Source of the DNA: an uncultured Flavobacterium sp.
GTDB lineage: Bacteria; Bacteroidota; Bacteroidia; Flavobacteriales; Flavobacteriaceae
Direction of reading: 5' to 3'
DNA: 64,000 nt
NCBI RefSeq assembly: GCF_946220915.1
Contig: NZ_CAMIHH010000001.1
Span: forward strand, 3,922-67,921
Shown here: positions 29,001 to 38,433 of the stretch, piece after piece
Layout: each line of letters opens with the position of its first letter
How positions within the stretch are numbered: position 1 is the first letter of the stretch
The notes under the pieces: generated by a model
What the model was told of the DNA's origin: nothing
Databases searched by the model: none
Seen by the model: only the letters and a program-made list of their open reading frames with translations
Program-made: the position numbers and the translations under genes

Positions 29001-32000
29001 ACTCAAAACCAACGGGCAGGACAAATACCTTGCCGGAGAGCAGACAACCTATACCATAACAATTACCAACCCCGGGCCAAGTGATGCCCATAACATTTCG
29101 GTTTCGGACCCTAAGCCGGTAAACATCCAGATGATGACATGGGAAGGTAATGATGCCGGCGGATCGGGTGCCATGCAAAACACTATTAACGTGCTGCCTG
29201 CGGGTGAGAGCGTAGTGTATACCGTAACAATGTTCGTTCCGGAAAACTATCCTGATACCAGCTACCTGCTGAGAAATGTGGTAACGGTAACTTCTGAAAC
29301 ACCGGATCCCGTTCCTGCATGCCTGGGGTGCATAGATGAAGATACCCCGCGCGGCAAGTTTGTTACCGTAACCCAAAACCAGTATTCTATTGAAGAACTG
29401 GTAAGGGATGTACTTATCGATGTACAATGTATAGATATATCAAACGTTAACTGGAATGGCGGCCCCGGCGACATGGGTATCGGCTACTTCCACAGGAATA
29501 ACTCTACATTCCCTGTGAAAAACGGTATCATCATGCATACCGGGAACTGTATGCAGGCAGGAGGCCCTAATACTACCACACTGGGCGGTGGAGGCTGGGG
29601 AGGCGATGGGCAGCTGCTTACATATATGCAGGCCTTCGACCCGGGGGCAACCAGCTATAATGATGTTTCGAGGATCGAATTTGATTTCATACCGCTTTCT
29701 TCAAACATGAGCTTTGAGTTTGTATTTGCTTCCGAAGAATATGGCGACTGGCAGTGCAGCTATTCTGATGCATTTGCGTTTTTCCTTACCCATGTTGATT
29801 CAAACGTTACCACCAACCTTGCCCTTGTGCCATCCACTACTACGCCAATTGCCGTAACAACCATCAGGAATGCGGCCTACAACGGAGGCTGCGGGTCTGT
29901 AAATGCAGGGTTCTTTGGAGCATGGTATGGCGAAAACCCGGCGCTTCCAATAGCGCTGAACGCACCGATAAACTTTGACGGAAGGACCGTTTTGATGACT
30001 GCGGCATCGCAGGTGGAAGCAGGCGACCTTTACCATATAAAACTTGTGATAGGCGACAGGAACGATAGCTCTTTTGACTCGGCCGTGTTCCTTGCTGCAG
30101 GTAGTTTCGACATAGGGCAGCCAACGCTTCCTGAAGACATAACAATTGCGACGGGCAACGCACTTTGCCCGGATGAAGAATACGTGCTGGAAGTAGACCT
30201 CACGCCCGGAACTGATTTTATCGTGACCTGGGAGAAGGATGGCGAGGTAATTACCGATATCAATGATGAACCTGTCACTACAACATCGATACTGGTGACC
30301 GAGCCAGGTATCTATACTGTACTGGCGGCCTTCCCATCGGCACCGGAATGTAACCTTACCGATACCGTGAGGATTGAATATCGTCCGGAAATTGAAGCTG
30401 CCGAGCCTGAAGACCTGACCCTTTGCGGAAACCCGGCCGAAACGGCAGTATTCGACCTTACGGATGTATATGAGGCCATGATGGAGCCGCTGCCGGACCC
30501 ATCCTTTTATGAAGTGTTCTACTTTAACAGCATGGAGGAGATCATCAACGAGGATCCTAACATTCCGTTCCCGCAGAACTTTGTAGGTAATGATGGGCAG
30601 ACAATTTACGTAAGCATTATGGGCTATGACAATAGCTGTAAAACGATAAGGAGCTTTGACCTTCATATAGTAGACTGTAACGTGCCGCTAAACCAGCCGC
30701 AGACAGTGCACATTTGTGAAGATGCGCCGTATGATGCCTATGAGATATTTGACCTTACAAGCCAGAACGACCAGATGATGGCAGGCCTGGAAGACCCTTC
30801 GCAATATGTGATCACGTACCATAACACACTTACAGATGCCGAAACCGGCGATAACGACATTGATGCCCCTGAAACATATAACGGTACTACCGAAACGATT
30901 TTTGTAAGGGCAGAGAATATTGACAATGCTCAGGCATATGGAACTACGCAGTTTAACCTGATAGTAACCCCGCAGCCATTCTTTGAAGACCTTGAGGATG
31001 TTGAGATTTGCGACAGCTACGTACTTCCTGTATTTGAGGAAGGCGACTATTTTACCGGTGCCGGAGGAACGGGGACTGTATTGGAAGATGGTACTTTAAT
31101 TACGGCATCGCAAACCATATACAGGTACAAAGGCGAAGGAACTGCCACGTATGGCTGTAATTATGAAAACAGCTTCGAAGTAATTATCAATGAAACCCCT
31201 GAGGTAGATACCCCGGACGATGTCCAGGTATGCGGCAGCTATATCCTTCCGGCACTGGCATCGGGCGAATATTTTGATGCTGAGAACAATCCGGTAACCG
31301 CAGGTACGGAGATCACCGAAACGCAGGTTATAACCATCAGCGCGCAAACAGGCACAGATGTTATCTGTTCGGATACGCATACATTTACAGTAACGGTTAA
31401 CAATGCCCCTGTATTGGTACCGGCCACAGCCCTGGAGCAGTGCGATGAGGACTTTGACGGCTTTACCCAGTTTGACCTTGTGCCTGCTGCCGAACAGGTG
31501 GTAAACGGTGCAACCGGTCTTACCATTACATATCACTCTACACTGGATCTTGCCCAAAGCGGTGTAGAAGACATAGAAGATCCGTCGGCCTACCCAAGCG
31601 CCCCGGGCAGCATCTTCATCAGGGCGGTTGAAGAAGGAACGACGACCAACTGCTACTCTGTGGAAGAAGTGCAGCTGATCGTATATGCGAGGCCAGCCGT
31701 GCCTCAGGTGGAAAATTATGTGGTTTGCGACGACAATAACTCTCCTGATGGTATTGAGATATTTGACCTGACATCGAAAAATGCCGAAGCGACAACAGAT
31801 CCTGAAGTGACCGTAACCTATTATACTTCGCTGGAAGGAGCCGAAGACGGGCAGGAAGACAGGATAACGGGTGATACTGCTTATGAGAGCGGCAATGCAC
31901 AGGTATGGGTAAGGGTAGAAAGTGATTTTGGCTGCTACAGCGTATCGTCGTTTGAACTTGTGGTAAATCCGCTGCCGCTTATAAACACAGCGATGGAGCC

Positions 32001-35000
32001 ATTCTATGCCTGTGAGGAAGAACCCGGCGAGGGAATGTTCGACCTTTCGGAAATTGACGAGGTTGTTACAATGGGAGCATCCGGGGTTTCGGTAAAATAT
32101 TACGCAACACTGGACGAAGCAGCCATTGGTGGCGACGAGACCGCATTGCCTGATGCATACCTGGCGGGCACTTCAAACATATATGCAAGGATTGAGGATG
32201 GCATAACAGAATGTGTTGTTATAGGCACTGTAGCTTTGGAGGTGCTTCCGGCACCTATTGCGACCGATCCTGCTCCGCTAAATGTGTGTGACCCTAATAA
32301 TGATGAGGTAGCTATATTCAACCTTGACCCCATACTGGCACAGATCGAGGCACAGCTGGGCAATGTAGTTACCGCAGTACCTTTTGAAACCTACAACGAT
32401 GCATTTTACAATGCTGTGAACAACATAATCGAAAATACATCGGCATATACCAATATCGAAGCTTATACTTCGGGTGGTGTGCAGCCAATTTACATAAGGG
32501 TGGAATCTGACCAGACCGATTGTTTCGACATCGTTACGCTACAGCTCGTAGTGCAGCCTGTGCCGGAAGCCACAAAGCCGCAGCCTTACGCGGTGTGCGA
32601 TAATGGTAGCAGCGATACGGATGGTATAGGCAATTTTGACCTTACTACAAGGATAGAGGAAATCCTGGGTGACATAGACCCGGCTTTCCCTGTAACATTC
32701 TTTGAGACTGAAGAAGATGCAATTGATAATATAGGCGGCATCCAGGCCCCTGCAAGCTATAACAGCCCAAGCGATATCATCTTTGCAAAAGTAACGAATA
32801 CGGCTACCGGCTGTTATGACATCGTGGAGCTTGAGCTTATAGTAAACCCGCTTCCTGTGGCCAATCCACCGGCACCGCTTACACTTTGCGACCTGAATGC
32901 CCCTGGCGACGAGATCGAAGTATTTGACCTTAATACTAAAATAGACGAGATCATTACAACGCCGCAGGGCGTGCAGGATGGTATTATTGTAACTTTCTTT
33001 AAGGATTATGATGATGCAGTGAACGGTACGGGTGTGAGCCAGATACTTACCCCGGAGGCATATACCAATGCCCAGGCTGTCGAAACAATTTTTGTTAGGG
33101 TGACAATTGAAGAAACAGGCTGTTACAGGATCGTGCTGCTGGATGTAAGGGTAGAGCCTGTCCCGGTACTCGTAATGCCAACGCAGGACGAGCTTACGGC
33201 CTGTGATACCACTGGCCTTGGAATAGGTGAATTTGACCTGCAAGCGCTTATTGTAGATATGGTAAATGGTGCTCCAAACCTTGAGGTTACCTTCCATACA
33301 ACCTACCAAGACGCGATAGGGGGAGATAACCCAATAACCGAGGACCTTGCCAGCTACCACAACATCAATCCGTTTTTGCAATACCTGTATGTAAGGGTAG
33401 TAAACCCTGTAACCGGCTGTGTGAGGCTTGAGCCCTACACGATAACACTTATTGTTGAGCCGGCACCGCAAGCGCCCGAAGACCTTGAAGACCTTGTAAT
33501 GTGCGATGACCAGGATAACAATGGTGGAGACGGAAAGGCCTACTTTGATCTTACCGTTCAGGATGAGATCATACATACTGCCCTTGGAACTGATGATAGT
33601 ACCCTGACAATCGAATACTTTACAACGCTCGAGAATGCCAATTTCGGATCGCCAAGGATTACTAACCCTGTAAACTACTACGGAAGCCATGGCCAGACGA
33701 TTTGGGTTAGGGTAGAAACCCCGGGTACAGAGTGTTTCAGCGTTACATCGTTCCAGCTTGAGCTGCATGAGCCTTTAACGCTTACAACGCCAAGTGTACT
33801 TGCTGTATGTAATGAAGAACTGGTAAACGGACAGAATGATGCCGTTGCCGAATTTGACCTTACTGTTAAAGATGATGAGATATTGGGCGACCTTGGTATT
33901 GGCCAGGGAATGACGGTAACCTACTTTGAGATCGACCCGCGTGTTGATCCCGCTGCAGCGCCTATTGCCGATCCTGCCGCATATACCAATCCGGGCCCTC
34001 CGATGGGTAACCCTAAGACATTATATGTAATGGTTACTACTAAAGAAGGATGTAAGAGCTATACAACGCTTACCATAAAAGTGCTTCCGCTGCCTGTGCC
34101 GGACACTACGCCCGATGCGCTAAGGCAATGTGATGTGAACAGCTCGCCTGACGGAATGGAAATATTTGACCTGACCGATGCAGCAGCCGATATCAGGAAT
34201 GGCGATGCCGGAATGGTGCTTACCTATTACGAAACCGAAGAAGATGCACACGAAAGGACTAACCTTATCGCTGACTTTACAGCATACAACAGTGGTAGCA
34301 GGACCATTTGGGTAAGGGCAGAAGCCAACACCCAAAATGCAGCCGACCCGGTATGCTACCAGGTGGTATCATTTGAAATCATTGTGGATATGCTCCCAGC
34401 GCTTGGTGAAGCCGGGGTGATACCTCCATATGCAATATGCGAGCAGGATACCGACGGCATTGCCCTGTTCGATTTCAATACGCATATGGATGAGATTCTT
34501 GGGGAGACAACAAACCCTGATGATTACACGGTTAAATTCTTTAGTAGCATGGCCAACGTTGGCCTTGGCATTGCAATGCCTTACATTTATACCAATACGA
34601 GTTCGCCAAACCAGCAGAACATATTTGTACAGGTAGTGAATAATGAAACGGAATGTACTATAGTTGCGCCACTTACGTTATTGGTAGAAGAAGCGGCTAC
34701 AGCTTATCCTGTGACCGAAACGTTTTTTGAATGTGATTATGACGGAACCAACGACGGCGTGTTTACGTTTGACCTGACGCGTGCCGATGACGATGCCCTT
34801 GGCCCTCAAAGCCCGTCAGACTACAGCGTGACTTATTATACGACCGCAGAGGATGCCGAAGCTGGCACCAACGCTATTGCCAGCCCTACAGCTTTCCAGA
34901 ACACTCCTGACTACCAGATGGTATGGGTAAGGGTAACCAATGAATCAACTGTGAGTGGCTGTTATGAAGTAACGACAATGGAGCTGTTTGTAGAGCGCAT

Positions 35001-35778
35001 ACCGGAACCGGCCATGATTACCGACCACACGACTGTTTGTATCAATTTCGAAACAGGCCAGAATGTGCGCCATGCCACGATAGATAGCCAGCTTGATGCT
35101 ACACATACTTTTGTATGGTACAAAGATGGCTTTGTAATGGCAGGTGAAACAGGGCCTACGCTCCTGGTATACGAGCCGGGAAGCTATGATGTGATTGCAA
35201 CAAGTGCCACAGGATGCGTATCTGACCCTGTTGACCCTATCGTTATAGAAATGAGCGGCCCGGCCAGCATTATCAATGACGGTTATGTAGTTGGCAACCC
35301 GTTTGGCGAAAACCAGGTAATTACCGTTCTTGTACAGGGTTATGGCGAATACCAGTTCAGGCTGGACGATGGGCCTTGGCAAAATTCAAATGTATTTGAA
35401 GATGTGTCGGCATACAGCGTGCACACCATATATGTAAGGGATGTTGCAACTGCCGATCCGTGTGACGACCTGGAACTGATCCTTGAGCTTGGCGATGTTA
35501 GCGTGATCGATTACCCGAACTTCTTTACACCGAATGGCGACGGGTATAACGATTACTGGAACATCTTTGGACTTAATACAGAGGAGAACAAGGATGCGAA
35601 GATTTACATCTTTGACCGCTTCGGTAAACTGATGAAGCAGATAAGTGCCGAAGGCGAAGGATGGGATGGAACATTCAACGGAACTCCCGCTCCGGCAACC
35701 GATTACTGGTTTACCGTAGAGTTTACCATCGGCGACCAGAAGAGGGAATACAAGGCGCATTTTGCGCTGAAACGATAG
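26008..35778 (+). CDS. 3256-aa modular T9SS cell-surface adhesin (SprB-like). From the N-terminus: nine DUF11-type repeats with CxxC linkers, a choice-of-anchor-L-like domain, at least 14 tandem ~85-aa Cys-bracketed FDLT repeats, and a T9SS type-B C-terminal sorting domain
   Basis: Signal peptide. DUF11 units (YTVTVTNNGPxDAxNVxVxNAIPAGIT...WTGSNGSSGT), each followed by DPxxxCxxCxDxD. The choice-of-anchor-L-like block lies at about aa 1090-1370 (QCIDISNVNWNGG...AVFLAAGSFDIGQ). The FDLT repeats follow the pattern CD..FDLT...TYH.T..DA..G...I..P..Y......I.VRVE...GC. The C-terminus ...IDYPNFFTPNGDGYNDYW...YIFDRFGKLM...WDGTFNG...YWF is the gliding-motility type-B CTD. Confidence 0.9.
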   Translation: MKKLLLVLFLVLGALGAKAQSNISVFSTNPDNVYIQGEVMTYSVMVTNTGPQPAANVLVFMPIPAGIPMPPGILKFWWSGSNGSSGTNINLSNTINTLAVNQTVTYTINIRIPSDYELEIGDVRVTYASKADLEVINTNNQAHYTPGESSEYTVTVTNHGPEDAYLVRVQNAIPAGVANFSWSGNEASGTTALNNIINVLPVGETVTYTVSFDVPATYTGDLTSTTALTASVTDPVPGCPQCADTDTAAAIADIDVVYTDNKDTYIPGEDSVYTVTITNNGPDAVESFNVLQIVPAGVTEVTWTGSNGTSGTGPIDDTIPVFETGQVVTYTVTVTIPEGTTGDFHTVIFPTAPFLSDPDPVCTFCSDLNTLEQIADIVVVNTNSQFSYNAGEQSVYTVTVTNEGPADAVNVEVSNAIPAGITGFSWTGTNGSDGTNTALSDNIALMTAGQTVTYTITMDVPAGYNAPSLISTTIVTSDNDPDDSCALCTDTDNNVPLADIVVVNTNNQQAYTPGTSVEYTLTVTNNGPEDAENVSVANAMPAGITAFSWTGSNGSDGTDEAVADVIPVLAAGETVTYTVTLAIPADYDEDAITSQAVVTSDTQDPVTACENCTDTDYNAANAADIVVVNTDNSLTYTAGEDSVYTVTVTNNGPADAVNISVLNAIPAGITDFSWSGSNGSSGTDEMLEDTIATLANGDSVTYTITVGIPAAYEGDLVSTASATSLADPDTACALCTDTNTDEANEANLVVTNTNGQDKYTPGTTAEYTLTLTNEGPDTALDIDLSSFVSPGIATIAWTGSNGTSGTGAVADNIAALAIGESVTYTVTLEIPLAFTGDLVNTAIISAQTTDPVAECPGCSDVDTAASANIVTEKTLASGTQYTAGTDAIYTITVTNEGPDAATGVLVQDMVPAGLPADDAVWTGSNGTSGTGNLTDTIATLALGETVTYTFTIPVPSGFDQETTITNTVTVTSTSVDPVPACDDCTVVATPNPQANIVTLKTNGQDKYLAGEQTTYTITITNPGPSDAHNISVSDPKPVNIQMMTWEGNDAGGSGAMQNTINVLPAGESVVYTVTMFVPENYPDTSYLLRNVVTVTSETPDPVPACLGCIDEDTPRGKFVTVTQNQYSIEELVRDVLIDVQCIDISNVNWNGGPGDMGIGYFHRNNSTFPVKNGIIMHTGNCMQAGGPNTTTLGGGGWGGDGQLLTYMQAFDPGATSYNDVSRIEFDFIPLSSNMSFEFVFASEEYGDWQCSYSDAFAFFLTHVDSNVTTNLALVPSTTTPIAVTTIRNAAYNGGCGSVNAGFFGAWYGENPALPIALNAPINFDGRTVLMTAASQVEAGDLYHIKLVIGDRNDSSFDSAVFLAAGSFDIGQPTLPEDITIATGNALCPDEEYVLEVDLTPGTDFIVTWEKDGEVITDINDEPVTTTSILVTEPGIYTVLAAFPSAPECNLTDTVRIEYRPEIEAAEPEDLTLCGNPAETAVFDLTDVYEAMMEPLPDPSFYEVFYFNSMEEIINEDPNIPFPQNFVGNDGQTIYVSIMGYDNSCKTIRSFDLHIVDCNVPLNQPQTVHICEDAPYDAYEIFDLTSQNDQMMAGLEDPSQYVITYHNTLTDAETGDNDIDAPETYNGTTETIFVRAENIDNAQAYGTTQFNLIVTPQPFFEDLEDVEICDSYVLPVFEEGDYFTGAGGTGTVLEDGTLITASQTIYRYKGEGTATYGCNYENSFEVIINETPEVDTPDDVQVCGSYILPALASGEYFDAENNPVTAGTEITETQVITISAQTGTDVICSDTHTFTVTVNNAPVLVPATALEQCDEDFDGFTQFDLVPAAEQVVNGATGLTITYHSTLDLAQSGVEDIEDPSAYPSAPGSIFIRAVEEGTTTNCYSVEEVQLIVYARPAVPQVENYVVCDDNNSPDGIEIFDLTSKNAEATTDPEVTVTYYTSLEGAEDGQEDRITGDTAYESGNAQVWVRVESDFGCYSVSSFELVVNPLPLINTAMEPFYACEEEPGEGMFDLSEIDEVVTMGASGVSVKYYATLDEAAIGGDETALPDAYLAGTSNIYARIEDGITECVVIGTVALEVLPAPIATDPAPLNVCDPNNDEVAIFNLDPILAQIEAQLGNVVTAVPFETYNDAFYNAVNNIIENTSAYTNIEAYTSGGVQPIYIRVESDQTDCFDIVTLQLVVQPVPEATKPQPYAVCDNGSSDTDGIGNFDLTTRIEEILGDIDPAFPVTFFETEEDAIDNIGGIQAPASYNSPSDIIFAKVTNTATGCYDIVELELIVNPLPVANPPAPLTLCDLNAPGDEIEVFDLNTKIDEIITTPQGVQDGIIVTFFKDYDDAVNGTGVSQILTPEAYTNAQAVETIFVRVTIEETGCYRIVLLDVRVEPVPVLVMPTQDELTACDTTGLGIGEFDLQALIVDMVNGAPNLEVTFHTTYQDAIGGDNPITEDLASYHNINPFLQYLYVRVVNPVTGCVRLEPYTITLIVEPAPQAPEDLEDLVMCDDQDNNGGDGKAYFDLTVQDEIIHTALGTDDSTLTIEYFTTLENANFGSPRITNPVNYYGSHGQTIWVRVETPGTECFSVTSFQLELHEPLTLTTPSVLAVCNEELVNGQNDAVAEFDLTVKDDEILGDLGIGQGMTVTYFEIDPRVDPAAAPIADPAAYTNPGPPMGNPKTLYVMVTTKEGCKSYTTLTIKVLPLPVPDTTPDALRQCDVNSSPDGMEIFDLTDAAADIRNGDAGMVLTYYETEEDAHERTNLIADFTAYNSGSRTIWVRAEANTQNAADPVCYQVVSFEIIVDMLPALGEAGVIPPYAICEQDTDGIALFDFNTHMDEILGETTNPDDYTVKFFSSMANVGLGIAMPYIYTNTSSPNQQNIFVQVVNNETECTIVAPLTLLVEEAATAYPVTETFFECDYDGTNDGVFTFDLTRADDDALGPQSPSDYSVTYYTTAEDAEAGTNAIASPTAFQNTPDYQMVWVRVTNESTVSGCYEVTTMELFVERIPEPAMITDHTTVCINFETGQNVRHATIDSQLDATHTFVWYKDGFVMAGETGPTLLVYEPGSYDVIATSATGCVSDPVDPIVIEMSGPASIINDGYVVGNPFGENQVITVLVQGYGEYQFRLDDGPWQNSNVFEDVSAYSVHTIYVRDVATADPCDDLELILELGDVSVIDYPNFFTPNGDGYNDYWNIFGLNTEENKDAKIYIFDRFGKLMKQISAEGEGWDGTFNGTPAPATDYWFTVEFTIGDQKREYKAHFALKR

Positions 35779-35797
35779 AAAAAATGTTAAATGTAAA

Positions 35798-35824
35798 AAT
35801 GCTGTCAGCGATGGCAGCATTTTT
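35798..35824 (+). terminator. imperfect hairpin plus T-run after the adhesin gene
   Basis: aatgctgtcagcgatggcagcatttt; the stem has one mismatch. Confidence 0.35.
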
Positions 35825-36009
35825 ACAATATTATTAAGATTAATTTGCGAACCTAATACAAAAAATTTATATATTTGACCGCGATGTAAAATTACCGAAA
35901 GGGAAGGATGGCACAGCAATGGGATAGAAGCTGTGGTGGCAACCATCGCCCGATAGGAAGGTTACCGGGAATGGTTAGAAAGTCATCTCAATTAAACGAT
36001 AAGGTTAAC

Positions 36010-37002
36010 ATGAATTTTAAAAAGATTTACCTGATTTTTGGATTGCTATTAACGCAACTATCCTTCTCGCAGGAGGGTATTGCGGTTTACTCGGATTATT
36101 TGTCAGATAACTATTACCTGATACATCCATCAATGGCAGGAGCTGCAAACTGTGCAAAAATTAGGCTCACTGCCCGCCAGCAATGGTTTGGACAGGACGA
36201 TGCCCCGCAGCTGCAGACCCTTAGTTTCAATACAAGCCTTGGTGAGCAGTCCGGCGTTGGTATCATTGCTTTCAATGATAAAAACGGTTACCATTCTCAA
36301 ACGGGTGCTAAGCTTACCTACGCCCACCACATTCGTTTTTCACGCAGTGATGACGATTTGAATATGCTTTCATTTGGTATGAGCGCAGGCCTGATACAGA
36401 GCCGTCTTGACGAAAGCGAGTTCGATCCTGAATTTGACCCTATCGTAGATGGCGGTATGCAGCAAAAAGATTCCTACTTTAATGTGGATATCGGAGCATC
36501 GTACCACTACCTGGATTTCTTTGCGCATTTTACGGCCAAGAATGTACTGGCAAGCAAAAGGGATATCTATACAGACATTGAAAGCGACAACCTTAAAAAA
36601 TACCTGATTTCGGCAGGTTATGTGTTCGGCGCGCAGGAAACCCTTCAGTGGGAACCTTCGATCATGTTCCAGCTGACAGACGAGACCAAAGAGAAAACCA
36701 TCGACGTAAACCTTAAAGTTTATAAAGAAATGGATTTTGGAAGGCTTTGGGGTGGGCTGTCTTACAGGAGGAGCCTTGATGGTGCCCAGTATGTGGATGG
36801 TAACGGGACTTCAGAACAAAACCTACAGTATTTTACACCAATTATCGGTGTGAACTATAAAAACTTCATGTTTGCTTATACCTACTCTTACCTAACAGGT
36901 AACGTAAGGTTCGATAACAGCGGCTTCCACCAGATAACGCTTGGTATCAACCTATTCTGTAAGAGGGAAAAATGGAATTGCAACTGCCCTGCGGTTAACT
37001 AA
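36010..37002 (+). CDS. sprF: T9SS PorP/SprF-family outer-membrane protein
   Basis: N-terminal signature ...YSDYLSDNYYLIHPSMAGAANCAKIRLTARQQWFG typical of the PorP/SprF family. It lies immediately downstream of the type-B cargo gene. The ORF is open from 35908; the Met at 36010 is preferred. Confidence 0.85.
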   Translation: MNFKKIYLIFGLLLTQLSFSQEGIAVYSDYLSDNYYLIHPSMAGAANCAKIRLTARQQWFGQDDAPQLQTLSFNTSLGEQSGVGIIAFNDKNGYHSQTGAKLTYAHHIRFSRSDDDLNMLSFGMSAGLIQSRLDESEFDPEFDPIVDGGMQQKDSYFNVDIGASYHYLDFFAHFTAKNVLASKRDIYTDIESDNLKKYLISAGYVFGAQETLQWEPSIMFQLTDETKEKTIDVNLKVYKEMDFGRLWGGLSYRRSLDGAQYVDGNGTSEQNLQYFTPIIGVNYKNFMFAYTYSYLTGNVRFDNSGFHQITLGINLFCKREKWNCNCPAVN

Positions 37003-37066
37003 TATAAAATACAGATTATTAATTCCGTCCCGATAAGTTTTTATCGGGACGATTTATTTTAAAGCC

Positions 37067-37579
37067 ATGGTAATAAAAGAAGTAAACGGGAAGTATCCCC
37101 AAATACCTGACGATTGTTACATTGCAGAAAACGCGACTATAGTTGGCGATGTGGCATTTGGATCAGGTTGCAGTGTGTGGTTCAATGCCGTGCTGAGGGG
37201 TGATGTGCACTACATAAAAATAGGCGACAAGGTCAATATCCAGGACGGGGCCGTGATCCACTGCACCTATCAAAAACACCCTACCATAATTGGAAATAAT
37301 GTTTCCATCGGCCACAATGCCATAGTGCATGGCTGCACGGTTAAAGACAACGTGCTCATAGGGATGGGAGCCATAGTTATGGATAACTGCATCATAGAAA
37401 GCAATACCATCATAGCAGCGGGAGCTGTTGTTACGCAAAATACCGTGGTAGAATCCGGCACGATTTACGCCGGTGTTCCCGCAAAAAAGGTAAAGGATAT
37501 AAATGCCTCCGATTTTGCAGGCGAAATAGGCCGCATTGCAAATAATTATGTGATGTATTCTTCGTGGTTTAAAGAGTAA
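37067..37579 (+). CDS. gamma-carbonic-anhydrase-like hexapeptide-repeat protein
   Basis: Left-handed beta-helix hexapeptide repeats with the conserved His residues of the gamma-CA/YrdA family. Confidence 0.8.
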   Translation: MVIKEVNGKYPQIPDDCYIAENATIVGDVAFGSGCSVWFNAVLRGDVHYIKIGDKVNIQDGAVIHCTYQKHPTIIGNNVSIGHNAIVHGCTVKDNVLIGMGAIVMDNCIIESNTIIAAGAVVTQNTVVESGTIYAGVPAKKVKDINASDFAGEIGRIANNYVMYSSWFKE

Positions 37580-37588
37580 ACCGTACAG

Positions 37589-38371
37589 TTAGAAATCTTT
37601 TTGTTTAACGCGATATTTGTGCCCTAAAATATCGGTTAGCACCGCTGGATCGGCGTTTGTATAGAATTGGGATATGCCTTCACCGTTATCCCTGTTAAGC
37701 ATTTCGGCCGCTTCAAGCACCTTTTTTGTCTGGCGGGCTACAGCGGCCCCGGAATCGATGATTTTCACGTGGGGCGGCAGTATTTCCCTTATCTGGGGTA
37801 CAAGGTAAGGGTAATGGCTGCATCCCAGGACAAGATAGTCAATGTTGGCTTCTATCATGGGCTGCAGGTATTGCTGTAGCAGTTCTTTTATTTCCTCAGA
37901 TTCCAGCTTGCCCGATTCTATGAGTGCAACCAGGTTATAGCCCACCTGCTCTATTACGTTTACACCGGTAAAGCCTGCCACCGTTTTATTGAACAGGTCG
38001 CTGGAAAGTGTGCCTTTCGTTGCGAGTATGCCTATGGCATTTGTCACAGTGTGTATTGCCGCAGGCTTTATTGCTGGCTCAATCCCAATAAACGGCACGT
38101 CAAATCCTTCACGCAGTTCTTTTATTGCATTTGTAGTGGCGGTATTGCATGCCACAACGATGAGCTTGCAGTTTTGCTCCAGTAAAAATTCGGTATTCTT
38201 ATAGCTTAAGTGAATGATCTCTTCCCGGGTCTTTTGCCCATAAGGGGCGTTTCTGCTGTCAGCGAGGTAAATGGTATCTTCACCCGGCAGGACTTTGTGT
38301 ATTTCTCTCCATATTGACGTGCCGCCAATTCCCGAATCGAATAACCCTATGGGGCTTTTACTTTTCTCCAT
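37589..38371 (-). CDS. murI: glutamate racemase
   Basis: FDSGIGG motif and VVACNTAT motif. The start is set at Met 38371 because the 38398 ATG lies inside the upstream terminator hairpin. Confidence 0.85.
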   Translation of the reverse strand: MEKSKSPIGLFDSGIGGTSIWREIHKVLPGEDTIYLADSRNAPYGQKTREEIIHLSYKNTEFLLEQNCKLIVVACNTATTNAIKELREGFDVPFIGIEPAIKPAAIHTVTNAIGILATKGTLSSDLFNKTVAGFTGVNVIEQVGYNLVALIESGKLESEEIKELLQQYLQPMIEANIDYLVLGCSHYPYLVPQIREILPPHVKIIDSGAAVARQTKKVLEAAEMLNRDNGEGISQFYTNADPAVLTDILGHKYRVKQKDF

Positions 38372-38390
38372 ATAACAAATATAAAAAAAA

Positions 38391-38412
38391 CGGCTCAATA
38401 GTGAGCCGTTTT
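38391..38412. terminator. bidirectional rho-independent terminator between skp and murI
   Basis: cggctca / atag / tgagccg perfect 7-bp stem, flanked by an A-run and a T-run. Confidence 0.6.
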
Positions 38413-38433
38413 GTGTTTTATGGACAGGTGTTA

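Noticed and set aside
29800-33768. Long minus-strand ORFs (288 aa and 409 aa) inside the giant adhesin gene
   Set aside because: The adhesin frame is continuous over 9.8 kb with a coherent domain order and a CTD. The antisense ORFs are a by-product of the repetitive, codon-biased sequence.
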